Shown here: positions 31,761 through 41,245 of the stretch, in pieces
Position numbering within the stretch: position 1 is the first letter of the stretch
Layout of the letters: every line of letters begins with the position of its first letter
Source of the DNA: Syntrophorhabdaceae bacterium
GTDB taxonomy: Bacteria > Desulfobacterota > Syntrophorhabdia > Syntrophorhabdales > Syntrophorhabdaceae
Assembly: GCA_963666485.2 (NCBI GenBank)
Contig: CAXXUO010000001.1
Location: 1,350,654-1,414,653 of the forward strand
Reading direction: 5' to 3'
Length of the DNA: 64,000 bases
The notes under the pieces: model-generated
What the model was told of the DNA's origin: nothing
The model's database searches: none
The model's input: only the letters and a program-made list of their open reading frames with translations
Program-made: the position numbers and the translations under genes

Positions 31761-31905
31761 CAGACCGACGAGACGTCCGCCGGTCGGTGAGACAAAGCTT
31801 AAATGCAATATGGCCGCCCCGTGATCACACGCGACGGCCATATTTACAATAGAAAGGATTGAGAGAATTTGCCTTTTAAAGGACTGTCATGTTCAAGTCC
31901 GCTAT

Positions 31906-31929
31906 TGTTATATACTAATGGGAATAACG
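31906..31929. promoter_or_regulatory. putative ModE-type operator
   Basis: tGTTATATActaatggGAATAACg resembles the ModE palindrome and lies upstream of a ModE-family gene. Confidence 0.45.
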
Positions 31930-31954
31930 GTGTCAAGTTTTTTGTTGCGATATG

Positions 31955-31984
31955 TTGACAGGGTTGCGGAATGGTTTCTATAAT
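31955..31984 (+). promoter_or_regulatory. sigma70 promoter of the ModE-family gene
   Basis: TTGACA-18 nt-TATAAT, both hexamers at consensus. Confidence 0.75.
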
Positions 31985-32016
31985 CAAATGTCCCTGTGGC
32001 GCACAAGGAGCTGTAT

Positions 32017-32343
32017 ATGAAGGTAGGCTATAAGGTCTGGATAGACAACGATGGCAAGGCGTTCGGTGAAGGGCCCTACCAGGTCATGAAAAGGATCGAG
32101 GAAACGGGCTCCCTGCACAAGGCCGCTCTTGAGCTCAACATGTCCTACCGCAAGGCCTGGCTCATGATACAGGCCATGGAAAAGCGCCTCGGCTTCCCCC
32201 TTCTCGAACGCAAGGTCGGCGGCGTTTCCGGCGGCGGCTCACACATCACCCCGGAAGGAAAAAAATTTCTAAAAGACTACGAAGCATTCCGCTTGGAAGT
32301 AAAAGAAGTCCTCGAAAGAACATTCAAAAAGCATTTCAAATAA
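32017..32343 (+). CDS. ModE family winged-helix regulator (DNA-binding domain only)
   Basis: KVWI....KAFGEG, ETGSLHKAA.ELNMSYRKAW and GGVSGGGSHITPEG. No molybdate-binding (Mop) domains. Confidence 0.88.
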   Translation: MKVGYKVWIDNDGKAFGEGPYQVMKRIEETGSLHKAALELNMSYRKAWLMIQAMEKRLGFPLLERKVGGVSGGGSHITPEGKKFLKDYEAFRLEVKEVLERTFKKHFK

Positions 32344-32348
32344 AAACG

Positions 32349-32431
32349 GGCGATAGGCGATAGGCTATAGGCGATGGGCTAAAAACAAAAGAACTCGGAC
32401 CCTATCGCCCATTGCCTATCGCCTATCGCCC
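32349..32431. repeat. inverted heptamer tandem arrays between convergent genes
   Basis: (ggcgata)n at 32349-32380 and (cctatcg)n at 32401-32431. Confidence 0.75.
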
Positions 32432-32438
32432 GCCTCTT

Positions 32439-33221
32439 CTACTTCCTTACCGCCTTATATTCATTAGCATCCAGAAAACCATCCCCGTTGCGGTCGTACT
32501 GTTTGAATTGCTCCATGGTGACCGATGGCAGAACGGTGCCGAGTTCAACCGGCGAGATCTTGCCGTCCTTGTTATTGTCGACTTCCGCAAACGACATCCG
32601 GTTGACCTTGTATTTCACCCGGACAAGGCCGTTGCGATTGCCCGCACTCTGCTTCGACCGTTTGCCGCTGACCTTCGAAGGTGACAGGTCGTCAGCCACG
32701 GTCTGGGGTTTGAGGTCCTCGGGGAAGGTTCCACCTTTCGCTATGGCAATTGAATTGGAGATATAACCCAGGGACACGATATCCCCGACCTTTATATCAT
32801 TCACGCTTTCGTACCCCCGGAGCGTCGGGCTGACGAGATCGAAGGCGAGATGCTTATCGGATGTCAGCACGGCTATCGTCCGCGATGTCATGTCGAGCCG
32901 CGTGACCTTGCCGGTGAATATCATTTCCGGCTTGGTCCGGACACCGGTAAGGGCGGTCCTCTGGCCTGCGGGTGAGCCGTCGAGGTTCTCCGCACGGACC
33001 GTCTGTGTCGCTGACGGCGGTGTCGGGGCCAGGGGCGCCTCCTCGTCCGGTGCAGTCAGACGCTGCTTTTCATATGCGACGTCCTGCTGTTTCTGTTTGG
33101 GCGGCGGTTTGGGGCCCATGATCACGGTAGGTCCGGGGCCAAGATCGAGGGTTTCGCAGCCGGTTATTACGAGAAGGCAGATACAGATAAAAAGAAACGT
33201 GGGTACATATTTGGATCGCAT
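32439..33221 (-). CDS. lipoprotein with C-terminal EF-hand pair
   Basis: Lipobox VITGC, with DNNKDGKISPVE and DRNGDGFLDANE EF-hand loops. Confidence 0.75.
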   Translation of the reverse strand: MRSKYVPTFLFICICLLVITGCETLDLGPGPTVIMGPKPPPKQKQQDVAYEKQRLTAPDEEAPLAPTPPSATQTVRAENLDGSPAGQRTALTGVRTKPEMIFTGKVTRLDMTSRTIAVLTSDKHLAFDLVSPTLRGYESVNDIKVGDIVSLGYISNSIAIAKGGTFPEDLKPQTVADDLSPSKVSGKRSKQSAGNRNGLVRVKYKVNRMSFAEVDNNKDGKISPVELGTVLPSVTMEQFKQYDRNGDGFLDANEYKAVRK

Positions 33222-33328
33222 GTTACACCTCGGAAAACTCCCAAGTTTTAACGAGGTTTTGCGGGCAAGTCAAGAATTTAATTTCCGCTTGATTTTGGGG
33301 AGGTTGGCTCTTAAACTGGTACAGTCAA

Positions 33329-34596
33329 ATGCTGGTGGAAAAATTTATATGCAACATTGCGCGGAAAAAGAATGCGGATTACCTCAGGTTCGCGCCCGGG
33401 GAATCGTACGATGTGCCGCGGCCGCGCGATGCTATCCCCCGTCTTCTTTACCTGCACGTCCCGTTCTGCGAAGAGCTCTGCCCCTATTGTTCATTTAACC
33501 GCATCGTTTTCAAGGAACAGCTGGCCCGCGACTATTTCAGGCTCTGCGCAAAGAGATCTCCCTGTATGGAGACCTCGGCTATACCTTCAACGCCATATAT
33601 GTGGGAGGCGGCACACCGACCGTTCTCATAGATGAGCTGTCGGAGACCCTCGCGCTGGCGAAAAGCGTCTTTCCCATCCGCGAGATCTCTGTGGAGACAA
33701 ACCCCAATCACCTGACGCCCCCAAATCTCGCAGAACTCAAAAAGATGGGCATCAACAGGCTTTCCGTCGGGGTTCAGACATTCGATGACGGTATCTTAAA
33801 GGCGGTCGAACGTTTTCACAAGTACGGCAGCGGTGAAGAGATCACTGCCCGGCTTAAGGAGACGATGGGCCATTTCGACACCCTCAATGTCGACATGATC
33901 TTCAATTTCCCCACGCAGACGATGCCCATGCTTGAGCGCGATCTCGACATTCTCACCGGGCTTAGCGTGGACCAGGCCACATTCTACCCCCTCATGGTCT
34001 CGACCTCGACGGAAAAGATCATGGGAAAGAAACTGGGCAAGGTCGACTACGACAGGGGACGCGACATGTACATGACGATCACCGAGCGGCTCAGGAAGTC
34101 CTACGTGCCCAGCACCGCCTGGTGCTTCTCGCGCGGCGACGTGATGATTGACGAATACGTCGTCAACTACGATGAATACGCGGGCCTCGGAAGCGGATCC
34201 ATAGGCTATCTCGGCGGAAGCGTCTATTCGAACACCTTTGACATCCCCGCATATATCGCGTATCTCGACAACGGTAAATTCCCGGTCGCCGCCCGGAAGG
34301 ACTGCGGGACCCGGGAGCGTCTCCTGTATGATTTCCTCATGAAACTCTTCGGCATCACCCTCGATCTCGACGAACTGTCCCAAAAACACGGGGTAAATGC
34401 CTCCCTCTATCTTCTCCCCGAGATCACCTTCTTCCGCATGGCAGGCGGTCTCACGAAAAAAGCCGGCAAACTCACTCTCACCCCGAAAGGCCAGTATTAC
34501 TGGGTCATCATGATGCGCGAGTTCTTCGTAGCCGTAAACAACTTCCGCGACTACTGCCGCGCACTCGTCAACCCCTCGTCGTCATCCCGGACCTGA
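33329..34596 (+). pseudogene. HemN-like class C radical SAM protein (MenK/MqnK-like methylmenaquinone synthase), split by a -1 frameshift near 33540
   Basis: LYLHVPFCEELCPYCSF in ORF 33329. Adding one G at agg|gct restores YFRALRKEISLY...IYVGGGTPT. QATFYPLM and MMREFF..VNNFRD motifs follow. Confidence 0.8.
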
Positions 34597-34625
34597 TCCA
34601 ATATTCGGGTCAGGGTAAAGACCTC

Positions 34626-34957
34626 CTCTCGCCCGTTCGTCGCTTCGCTCCTCTCTCGAGCCCTCAGAGTTCGCGGAGAAGGGCGGAGGCCGCGGGAGCC
34701 CGGAGCCTTACCATTGCCACCCGCCAATAGCAAGCTCGGAGGCGGGTACCCGGCTATCAGGGCGGCATCTTCGATCCTGCCCTTCAGGCAGGATGGACCG
34801 CTTGGACTATTAATTCCCTTGTATTGTTTTTTTCTTTTCCTCGGCGAAGCCGACGAAAGTGCCGGCTGGTCGTGGTCGGCTCCGCGACCAGCCGGCAAAG
34901 TCTTTTCCCTTTGCAGTTCTCTGTGAACTCTGTGAGCTTGAGCGAAGCGGGCGAGAG
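34626..34957 (-). repeat. ~330-bp palindrome-rich dispersed element, copy B (inverse of copy A)
   Basis: Reverse complement matches 14201-14533 over nearly its full length. Confidence 0.85.
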
Positions 34958-35064
34958 GATGTCTTTATCTTCGAGATGAACCACTCCTCTATTAAGTTAT
35001 TCCGTTAAGTTATTCCGCATGTTTCCGATAAAATAACTGTGAAATGCCTTATCAGGCTGGAGCT

Positions 35065-36291
35065 ATGACGAGACGTATTTGCATAACCGAGGACAGTAAG
35101 AGCCAGGCGCGGATCGCCGAGAAGATCTTTTCCGACAGGGGATACGAGGTGATCCTTGCTGAGAATGGCATGGACGCCCTGTACAAGATCAATGAGAGCC
35201 CGCCCGACCTTATCATAAGCGACGTGGAAATGCCGCACATGAACGGGTACGAGCTGTGCCGGACCGTCAAGAGTGACACGGAACTCAAGCACATTCCCTT
35301 CATTCTCCTCACCCTGCTGTCGAGTATCACCGACGTAGTAAAGGGCCTGGAGGCCGGCGCCGATTATTACCTGACAAAACCGTACAATGCCGACGTCCTT
35401 GTCTCCATGGTGGGCACGATCCTGCAGAACGGACTGGTATCTGCAAATGGCAATGGCACAGTGAATATTTCCATGTCGACCGAGGACGCATTCGTCAGTT
35501 TTGAGGCCCAACCGCAAAAGGTTTTTAATTTTCTCCATTCGACGTACGAGAACCTTGTCCGGCAAAACCGCAATCTCCTTATTACGAAGCAGGAACTCCG
35601 CAAGCTCAATAACCTCTTAGAGGAAAAGGTCCGTGAAAAAACAATGTTTCTCGAAGGCGAAGTAGCCGAGAGGCGCAAGGCAGAAAATGCCCTCAAGGAA
35701 AGCCTCGATAATATGCGCAAGACGGTTGACGGGACAGTCCGCGCGCTGGCCACAACGATAGAGATGCGCGACCCCTACACCGCCGGCCACCAGAGGCGCG
35801 TTGCACAACTCTCCTGCGCCATAGGCCGGCAGATGAATTTCCCTCAGGACTTTATCGACGGGCTAGAAGTCATGGGTTTTCTCCATGACATAGGCAAGAT
35901 CATAGTCCCTGCCGAGATCCTGAGCAAACCGGGCGCCCTCAATGAATTCGAGTTCAACATTATCAAGGCGCACGCACAGGCCGGCTACAACATTCTCAAA
36001 GGCATCGAGTTTTCCTGGCCCGTCGCCGCCGCCACGATCCAGCACCACGAAAGGATGAACGGTACCGGTTACCCTTACGGCCTCCACAGTGAAGCCATCA
36101 TAATGGAAGCCCGTATCCTCGCCGTCGCCGATGTCGTCGAAGCCATGGCCACACACCGTCCCTACCGCCCCGCTCTCGGCATGGACATCGCCCTGAAAGA
36201 AATAACCGATCACCGCGGCGCCCTTTACGACTCCGCCGTGGTCGAAGCCTGTCAGCAGCTTTTTCAGCACGGAAATTTCAGTTTCGAGTAA
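35065..36291 (+). CDS. response regulator receiver - HD-GYP phosphodiesterase
   Basis: PDLIISDVEMP...GADYYLTKP receiver domain, then RDPYTAGHQRRV, LHDIGK, HHERMNGTGYP and HRPYR. Confidence 0.92.
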   Translation: MTRRICITEDSKSQARIAEKIFSDRGYEVILAENGMDALYKINESPPDLIISDVEMPHMNGYELCRTVKSDTELKHIPFILLTLLSSITDVVKGLEAGADYYLTKPYNADVLVSMVGTILQNGLVSANGNGTVNISMSTEDAFVSFEAQPQKVFNFLHSTYENLVRQNRNLLITKQELRKLNNLLEEKVREKTMFLEGEVAERRKAENALKESLDNMRKTVDGTVRALATTIEMRDPYTAGHQRRVAQLSCAIGRQMNFPQDFIDGLEVMGFLHDIGKIIVPAEILSKPGALNEFEFNIIKAHAQAGYNILKGIEFSWPVAAATIQHHERMNGTGYPYGLHSEAIIMEARILAVADVVEAMATHRPYRPALGMDIALKEITDHRGALYDSAVVEACQQLFQHGNFSFE

Positions 36292-36484
36292 TCACAATTC
36301 CCCATCACCATCCACGCACCACCCCCCGTTTTCCCCGGCTTGGCCCGGGGTTCGCTCTCTTTTCTATTCTAATCCCACTTACCGCACATCCTTCACGCTC
36401 CGTCATCCCCGCGAAAGCCGAAAAACCCCAACCACCGTCATCCAAAAAATCCCAACCGCCATTATCCGAAAAACCTATCCGCTA

Positions 36485-36630
36485 GTCATCCAACCCCACC
36501 CGCCGCCATCCAACCCCACCCGCCGTCATCCAACCCCACCCGCCGTCATCCAACCCCACCCGCCGTCATCCAACCCCATCCGCCGTCATCCAACCCCATC
36601 CGCCGTCATCCAACCCCATCCGCCGTCATC
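36485..36630 (+). repeat. 20-bp tandem repeat (gtcatccaacccca[c/t]ccgcc) x7, ending in a CGTC REP (36624-36651)
   Basis: Seven contiguous units with no spacers, continuing into cgtcatcccggcgaaagccgggatccag. Confidence 0.9.
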
Positions 36631-36711
36631 CCGGCGAAAGCCGGGATCCAGGGTCTTTGTCTTTTCTTTTAATCCCGGAATATCAATTCATTTTACGAAT
36701 CTAAACCCTAT

Positions 36712-36740
36712 TTGACATTACATACCGTAATCAATAAACT
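36712..36740 (+). promoter_or_regulatory. sigma70 promoter of selC
   Basis: TTGACA-17 nt-TAAACT, ending 8 nt before the tRNA. Confidence 0.75.
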
Positions 36741-36748
36741 ATAGCAAC

Positions 36749-36843
36749 GGAAGTGGAGGGGTCCTGGTGGGCCTCCTGGTCTTCAAAACCAGTGTGCCGG
36801 TGACGAGCTGGCGGGTGGGTTCGATTCCCATGCACTTCCGCCA
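36749..36843 (+). tRNA. selC: tRNA-Sec (anticodon UCA)
   Basis: 95 nt. Acceptor GGAAGTG/CACTTCC, discriminator G plus CCA, anticodon arm CTGGT-CTTCAAA-ACCAG, long variable arm gccggtgacgagctggc, and T-arm GGTTCGATTCC. Confidence 0.95.
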
Positions 36844-36867
36844 TTTCAGTGATATCAAGGGTTTACA

Positions 36868-36950
36868 GCATTCTGACGTTGAAGACCAGAAGGCCCACCA
36901 GAACCCATCCCTGTCCATTTTTGATCAAATTGTGCCTAGATTGTGCCTGA
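36868..36950 (-). repeat. junction unit 1: inverted degenerate selC 5' half plus TTGTGCCT direct repeats
   Basis: Minus strand reads GGACAGGGATGGGTTCTGGTGGGCCTTCTGGTCTTCAACGTCAG. Tail aattgtgcctagattgtgcctga. Confidence 0.8.
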
Positions 36951-37035
36951 ACGGCTAATAATCTCTTCAAAAGGCTCGTCATTGGTAGAATGGTCATATA
37001 AACAAATTCACATAAAATGCCATATTGAATGGCGA

Positions 37036-37230
37036 ATGAAAAAATATGTTTCCCCGATTTTCTTAACATGCATCCTTGTCCTGATCTCACTTTGTCCTGG
37101 CTATCCCCAAACTGCAGAGGAAATGATTAATAAACCTGTCCTAAAGCCTAAAAAGCCAGGCGATCAAGCACATGTATACGATAGACAACACCAGATCGCC
37201 ACAGATTCACTTGACTATCCACTTTTCTAG
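37036..37230 (+). CDS. small secreted hypothetical protein (possibly truncated)
   Basis: MKKYVSPIFLTCILVLISLCPGYPQ signal-like N-terminus. Confidence 0.45.
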   Translation: MKKYVSPIFLTCILVLISLCPGYPQTAEEMINKPVLKPKKPGDQAHVYDRQHQIATDSLDYPLF

Positions 37231-37437
37231 TGATACGAAATAGCAAAACGTGATGTGCGCCTACCCGAAGAGATAGCCGACGGGGGAACGTTTTCCATCG
37301 AAGCTTGTCAAATGTACAATAAGAGGAAAGATGAAGGAGTCCCGATGCAGGGGTGACCGCAACACTTGTTTCCGGCGCAACGAGAGGGAAACAGGTTAAG
37401 ATTTGAGAGACGTATAGACTATTTTGGAGGTGGAGAA

Positions 37438-37842
37438 ATGAAGAGTACCGTATTTGCACTGTGTGGTCTGGTTTTTCTGATTCTGCTGTCGGGCATCAGC
37501 TGGGCTGATTGCGAAAGCGATTGTGACGGCCCTTTTCAAACATGCGTAAAGATGTGCAGGCAAACGACCAAGGAAGACAGCAAAGAGGCGGCGGCCTGCA
37601 TGGATAATTGTTTTCGCGGGGTCAGCGGCTGCCAGAAGAGGTGCAAGCAAAAAAATAGCGGGAATCTGGAAGATACGAAAAATGACCGCCTGCTGATCGC
37701 GGCAAATAATTCGTATACTGGCAAAAGCGTCGTTCAGGGCGCCAATTGCATTGAGCAGGGCCTGACATGTGTGTTGAATGGAACCCCTTGCTGCGCTCCC
37801 TATACATGCAAGGGAAAATTCCCCAACACGACCTGTCAATAA
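37438..37842 (+). CDS. secreted Cys-rich protein with CX3C helical-hairpin domain and C-terminal knottin-like motif
   Basis: RBS ggaggtggaga, signal peptide ending SWA, 8 Cys in CX3C pairs, then C-X6-C-X6-CC-X4-C-X8-C. Confidence 0.75.
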   Translation: MKSTVFALCGLVFLILLSGISWADCESDCDGPFQTCVKMCRQTTKEDSKEAAACMDNCFRGVSGCQKRCKQKNSGNLEDTKNDRLLIAANNSYTGKSVVQGANCIEQGLTCVLNGTPCCAPYTCKGKFPNTTCQ

Positions 37843-37905
37843 ACGGCGGGGGCATTGGTCTATCAAGCGTAAGGAAAATTCTGGCCTGAACCTGGAGGAT
37901 TGCAC

Positions 37906-38745
37906 ATGCACATGACACGATTGATCGGTATTGTCGCGCTGATCTGCCTCGCGACGACGCTTGGACTGGCCTGGGCCCAGACCGTCCCGGAAAATGCGCG
38001 CCGCTATATGGACCGGGGCCAGGCGGCGGTGGAGATGGCGAAGACGAATGTCGACCTCGAGGACGCGCTAAAGGAATTTCAGAAGGCAGCACAGTCTGCG
38101 CCTTCCTGGGCCGAGCCGTACTATCACATGGGAGTGGTGCAGAATAGACTGGGCCGGCTGGACGATGCGTTGACGAGCCTCAAGCGCTGCCTGCAGGTGG
38201 CCCCCGGGGGCAAAAATGCACAGGCCGCACAGCAGCTCATCAATAAGATCGAATATGTAAAGGAGAAGGAAACAGGGATCAGGAGGGTCTACGAATTGAT
38301 GGCGGAGACGACCAATCGTGTTCAATGGGTCAAGATCAGCCAGAAGGGCGCCGATGGCCCGGACTGGGAGATCGAGCACAATGAGGATTTTGACGGGTAC
38401 AAGCCCCCCGAGAATCGCAAGCAGCCGGTCTTCATAATGAAGGATGGGGCACTGTATAAGAACGGCTATTCCGTTGAGCCTATGAATTACTACATAGCCC
38501 CTGATCCCACTTACGGGAAGCTCCCGGTAAAGGTCGACGGGAGGTTTTTTGAATATACCTATCCGGTTGCCTTGGTATACGCGCTCCAGCGCGGGGAGTA
38601 TAGTTACGGGAAAGGCGGGGAAATGTCGATCAAAGGCGAAATAATCTCCTTCGACCCGCCCCGCGTGAAGAGGGTCCAGAGATTGAAGCTTCCCGAAGGA
38701 AAGACGTCCGTAACCGAGTATGTCTACGAATTGCGAAAAAGATAG
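37906..38745 (+). CDS. secreted TPR-repeat protein
   Basis: Signal peptide ending AWA, with ALKEFQKAAQSAPSWAEPYYHMGVV and ALTSLKRCLQVAP TPR motifs. Confidence 0.78.
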   Translation: MHMTRLIGIVALICLATTLGLAWAQTVPENARRYMDRGQAAVEMAKTNVDLEDALKEFQKAAQSAPSWAEPYYHMGVVQNRLGRLDDALTSLKRCLQVAPGGKNAQAAQQLINKIEYVKEKETGIRRVYELMAETTNRVQWVKISQKGADGPDWEIEHNEDFDGYKPPENRKQPVFIMKDGALYKNGYSVEPMNYYIAPDPTYGKLPVKVDGRFFEYTYPVALVYALQRGEYSYGKGGEMSIKGEIISFDPPRVKRVQRLKLPEGKTSVTEYVYELRKR

Positions 38746-38774
38746 TCGTATAAATGGTGGGAACGCGGTTTGCC

Positions 38775-39614
38775 TTAATCACGATTGCGTCTAAGTTCGT
38801 ACAACACGACCCAGGTTATAAATATTCTGACAGGAAGTGCAATTCGGACGGGAAGATCGACCAGGCAGCCCAGGCTGAAGTCTGATCCCTCGCCCGGGAT
38901 CATCCCTATCGTCTCGTCGTTTTGCTGTATAATGTACGTGTCAGTGAAGAGGTGACAGAAGGGGGCGGATGTAAGATAATATTCGCCGTCATTACATTTG
39001 ACCGTATACGAACTGGACACCAGGCTTTCTTTCTCGGCTCTTGCCAGCTCGATGCCATCTTTTTCGAGAAGAAAAGGTTTGAGACCGATCATTCCGTCTT
39101 TACCCCGGATATCATACCGATTTCCATCCAGGTCAAAATTGCAGGCACGATGCCACCATCCGCCTATCCGGGCGATCTCCCGCTCTTCATTGAAGACAGT
39201 GCACTCACCTACGGACCAGCCGGAGTCGACTCTGAGCGCAGGATAACCGTTTGTCCTTTCCGCCGGGCAACCGGCCATGTTTTTTCCTTCGGATTCTGAT
39301 TTGTGCTTTTTATAATAGAAGTACCCCCTGGACAACTCCTCGCCAATAAATACTGCAGCGACAATAACAAGGGGGATGACTTTGGAATACCAGTTCTCGC
39401 CGAGGATGTCGCCCAACCACCGGCCGGTATTGGCACGATTAACCCAGAGGATGAGCAAGATAAAAACGCACGCGGGGAGGTAGATTTTGACTATGCGTTC
39501 AATTGCGAAGGGTCCCTTTTTTTCTATCCGCCAATAAGGCGTCGCCCGGGGAGTCTCGTCTTTCTTTCTCAGGAGACTCTTGATGTATTCCCAGAAATCA
39601 TTCATATCATTCAT
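38775..39614 (-). CDS. membrane-anchored hypothetical protein (two TM helices plus a scramblase/LURP-like beta domain)
   Basis: Start moved to the ATG at 39614 because the longer ORF runs through the selC repeat. Confidence 0.55.
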   Translation of the reverse strand: MNDMNDFWEYIKSLLRKKDETPRATPYWRIEKKGPFAIERIVKIYLPACVFILLILWVNRANTGRWLGDILGENWYSKVIPLVIVAAVFIGEELSRGYFYYKKHKSESEGKNMAGCPAERTNGYPALRVDSGWSVGECTVFNEEREIARIGGWWHRACNFDLDGNRYDIRGKDGMIGLKPFLLEKDGIELARAEKESLVSSSYTVKCNDGEYYLTSAPFCHLFTDTYIIQQNDETIGMIPGEGSDFSLGCLVDLPVRIALPVRIFITWVVLYELRRNRD

Positions 39615-39689
39615 ACTCGGGCCCCGGATGCTCCCGCAGAATATCATTAAAAAGGCGAACCTTGCAACGGCTACAGGGCATCGATCAGA

Positions 39690-39843
39690 GCCGGTGACGA
39701 GCTGGCGGGTGGGTTCGATTCCCATGCACTTCCGCCATTTCTTTTTTGCCAACGGTCCGCAACATCCTGATATTGAAGGCCAGAAGTTCCACCAGGACCC
39801 TTCCTGTCCATTTTTGATCGAATTGTGCCTGGATTGTACCTGA
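39690..39843 (+). repeat. junction unit 2: 48-bp exact selC 3' end, inverted 5' half and TTGTGCCT boxes
   Basis: 39690-39737 is identical to 36796-36843. 39763-39809 is an inverted 5' half. Tail aattgtgcctggattgtacctga. Confidence 0.9.
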
Positions 39844-39926
39844 GGTGAAAAAGGAATTGACCCGATTTTCTCCAACGCCTATGATTGTTGTACCAGAAGC
39901 AAACAAATCATTAAGGAGGTAAGCAG

Positions 39927-40169
39927 GTGAAAAGGATTCTGGTGAGTTTTGTGGTGGCAGTTTTCGTGGCAGCCGCACTCATTCTGTCAGGTGGAAGTGC
40001 TCTTTATGCTAAAAGCAAAGAAGCTGCCTGTTATGGAGACTGCTTCAAAGCGATGAAGAATTGCATGGGGAAGGCCGGTCAGTCGAAGGATAAGCAACAA
40101 GAATGCAGTACAAAAGAGGATAACTGTAAGCGCCGTTGCGATCAGACTGGAGGCGCGGCAAGCAAGTAG
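39927..40169 (+). CDS. small secreted Cys-rich protein (80 aa)
   Basis: RBS aaggaggt, signal peptide, and CX3CX6C...CX6CX3C. Confidence 0.72.
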   Translation: MKRILVSFVVAVFVAAALILSGGSALYAKSKEAACYGDCFKAMKNCMGKAGQSKDKQQECSTKEDNCKRRCDQTGGAASK

Positions 40170-40696
40170 AAACTGCATTCGTCAAAAACAGCGCTTACAA
40201 GTACGGGCGCACGGATTGTGCCTGGATTGTGCCTGAGTCTCTGCACGGGGCTAAACCCATTTGTTTTTGTCGTACAATACTTGGCGGGGCGGCGCTTCCT
40301 GAAAAAACGTATCGACCAAGAAAGCGTCTGCGTTTGACAAAGGGCTTGTCCAATCCACATTGATCCAGATTGATGAGGCGATTGAAAAGATTTGGTCTCG
40401 CACCAGCGACATCGTATCGAATAAAATAGCGCAACTATCATCGTGATCGTCATCGGTATTTCCGGGGACCTGCGGATGGCAGGGGAATTCGACGGAGAGT
40501 ATCAAAGAATGAATATGGAGAGATCTTAAGAATGTTCGAAGTATTGAAGTTGACAAGGTTATCCGTGGACAGGTATCATTACAACAATTCTTATTTATTT
40601 TTCGCAAATTATCGTAATTATCGGTAAAGAAACGGCTGCTTCTGGTTGACTACACGTCAGGCAGCGATTGTCGTTCAGGAAACCCGAAGGCGGATC

Positions 40697-41179
40697 ATGA
40701 ATACCGGAAGCCAAATGGATATTGTCCACGCGATACAATTGGCCTTGGCACCGGCCTTCCTCCTCGCAGGAATCGCCGGCCTTCTCGGCCTGATGGTAGG
40801 CCGCCTGGGACGCATTGCTGACCGCCACCGCCGGCTCGCTGAATCTCCGGATATCGCAAATATGGCCGCGGAGTGGATAGAGCGTGAAATTCACGGATTG
40901 GCGCGCCGTGGGTATTGTGTAAATGCGGCGATTATTTCATTCACCGTATCGGCGTTGCTGGTATGCGTGGTTATTGCCATGTTGTTCCTGGAGGTGTTGG
41001 TGGACCTGCCTCTCAAATGGCTGGTAGGCATCATATTTTTTTCGGCTATGATGGCGCTGATCACCGGGCTGGTCTTCTTTCTGCGGGAGGTCCAGATGGT
41101 TAGTAGAATAGCACTCCGGGACTTTAGGTCATCGGGCGCGAAAGAGGGACAGCAGGAACGTTCGTTAAAAAGTAAATAA
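40697..41179 (+). CDS. DUF2721 family membrane protein
   Basis: IQLALAPAFLLAGIAGLL...RLGRIADR.R and FLREV motifs. Confidence 0.8.
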   Translation: MNTGSQMDIVHAIQLALAPAFLLAGIAGLLGLMVGRLGRIADRHRRLAESPDIANMAAEWIEREIHGLARRGYCVNAAIISFTVSALLVCVVIAMLFLEVLVDLPLKWLVGIIFFSAMMALITGLVFFLREVQMVSRIALRDFRSSGAKEGQQERSLKSK

Positions 41180-41245
41180 CTCAATTCCGAGTTTCCTTCC
41201 AAGCTATTGCCTTTGCCGCAACTTTTCCATCGTCACGTCGACATC

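Noticed and set aside
34992..35017. 13-bp tandem duplication ttaagttattccg beside element copy B
   Set aside because: Both copies lie on one side of the element, so it is not a target-site duplication. Probably local slippage or an operator.
36485..36630. Possible CRISPR array
   Set aside because: Units are contiguous 20-mers with no unique spacers, and no cas genes are in the window. It is a VNTR.
37240..37400. Riboswitch in the leader of the knottin-like gene
   Set aside because: Some hairpin potential, but I could not match a known aptamer consensus. An Rfam scan would be needed.
39615..39875. N-terminal extension of ORF 38775-39875, and ORFs 36767-36958, 36863-37090 and 41181-41363
   Set aside because: They read through selC or its junction repeats, so the shared peptide text only reflects the DNA repeat.
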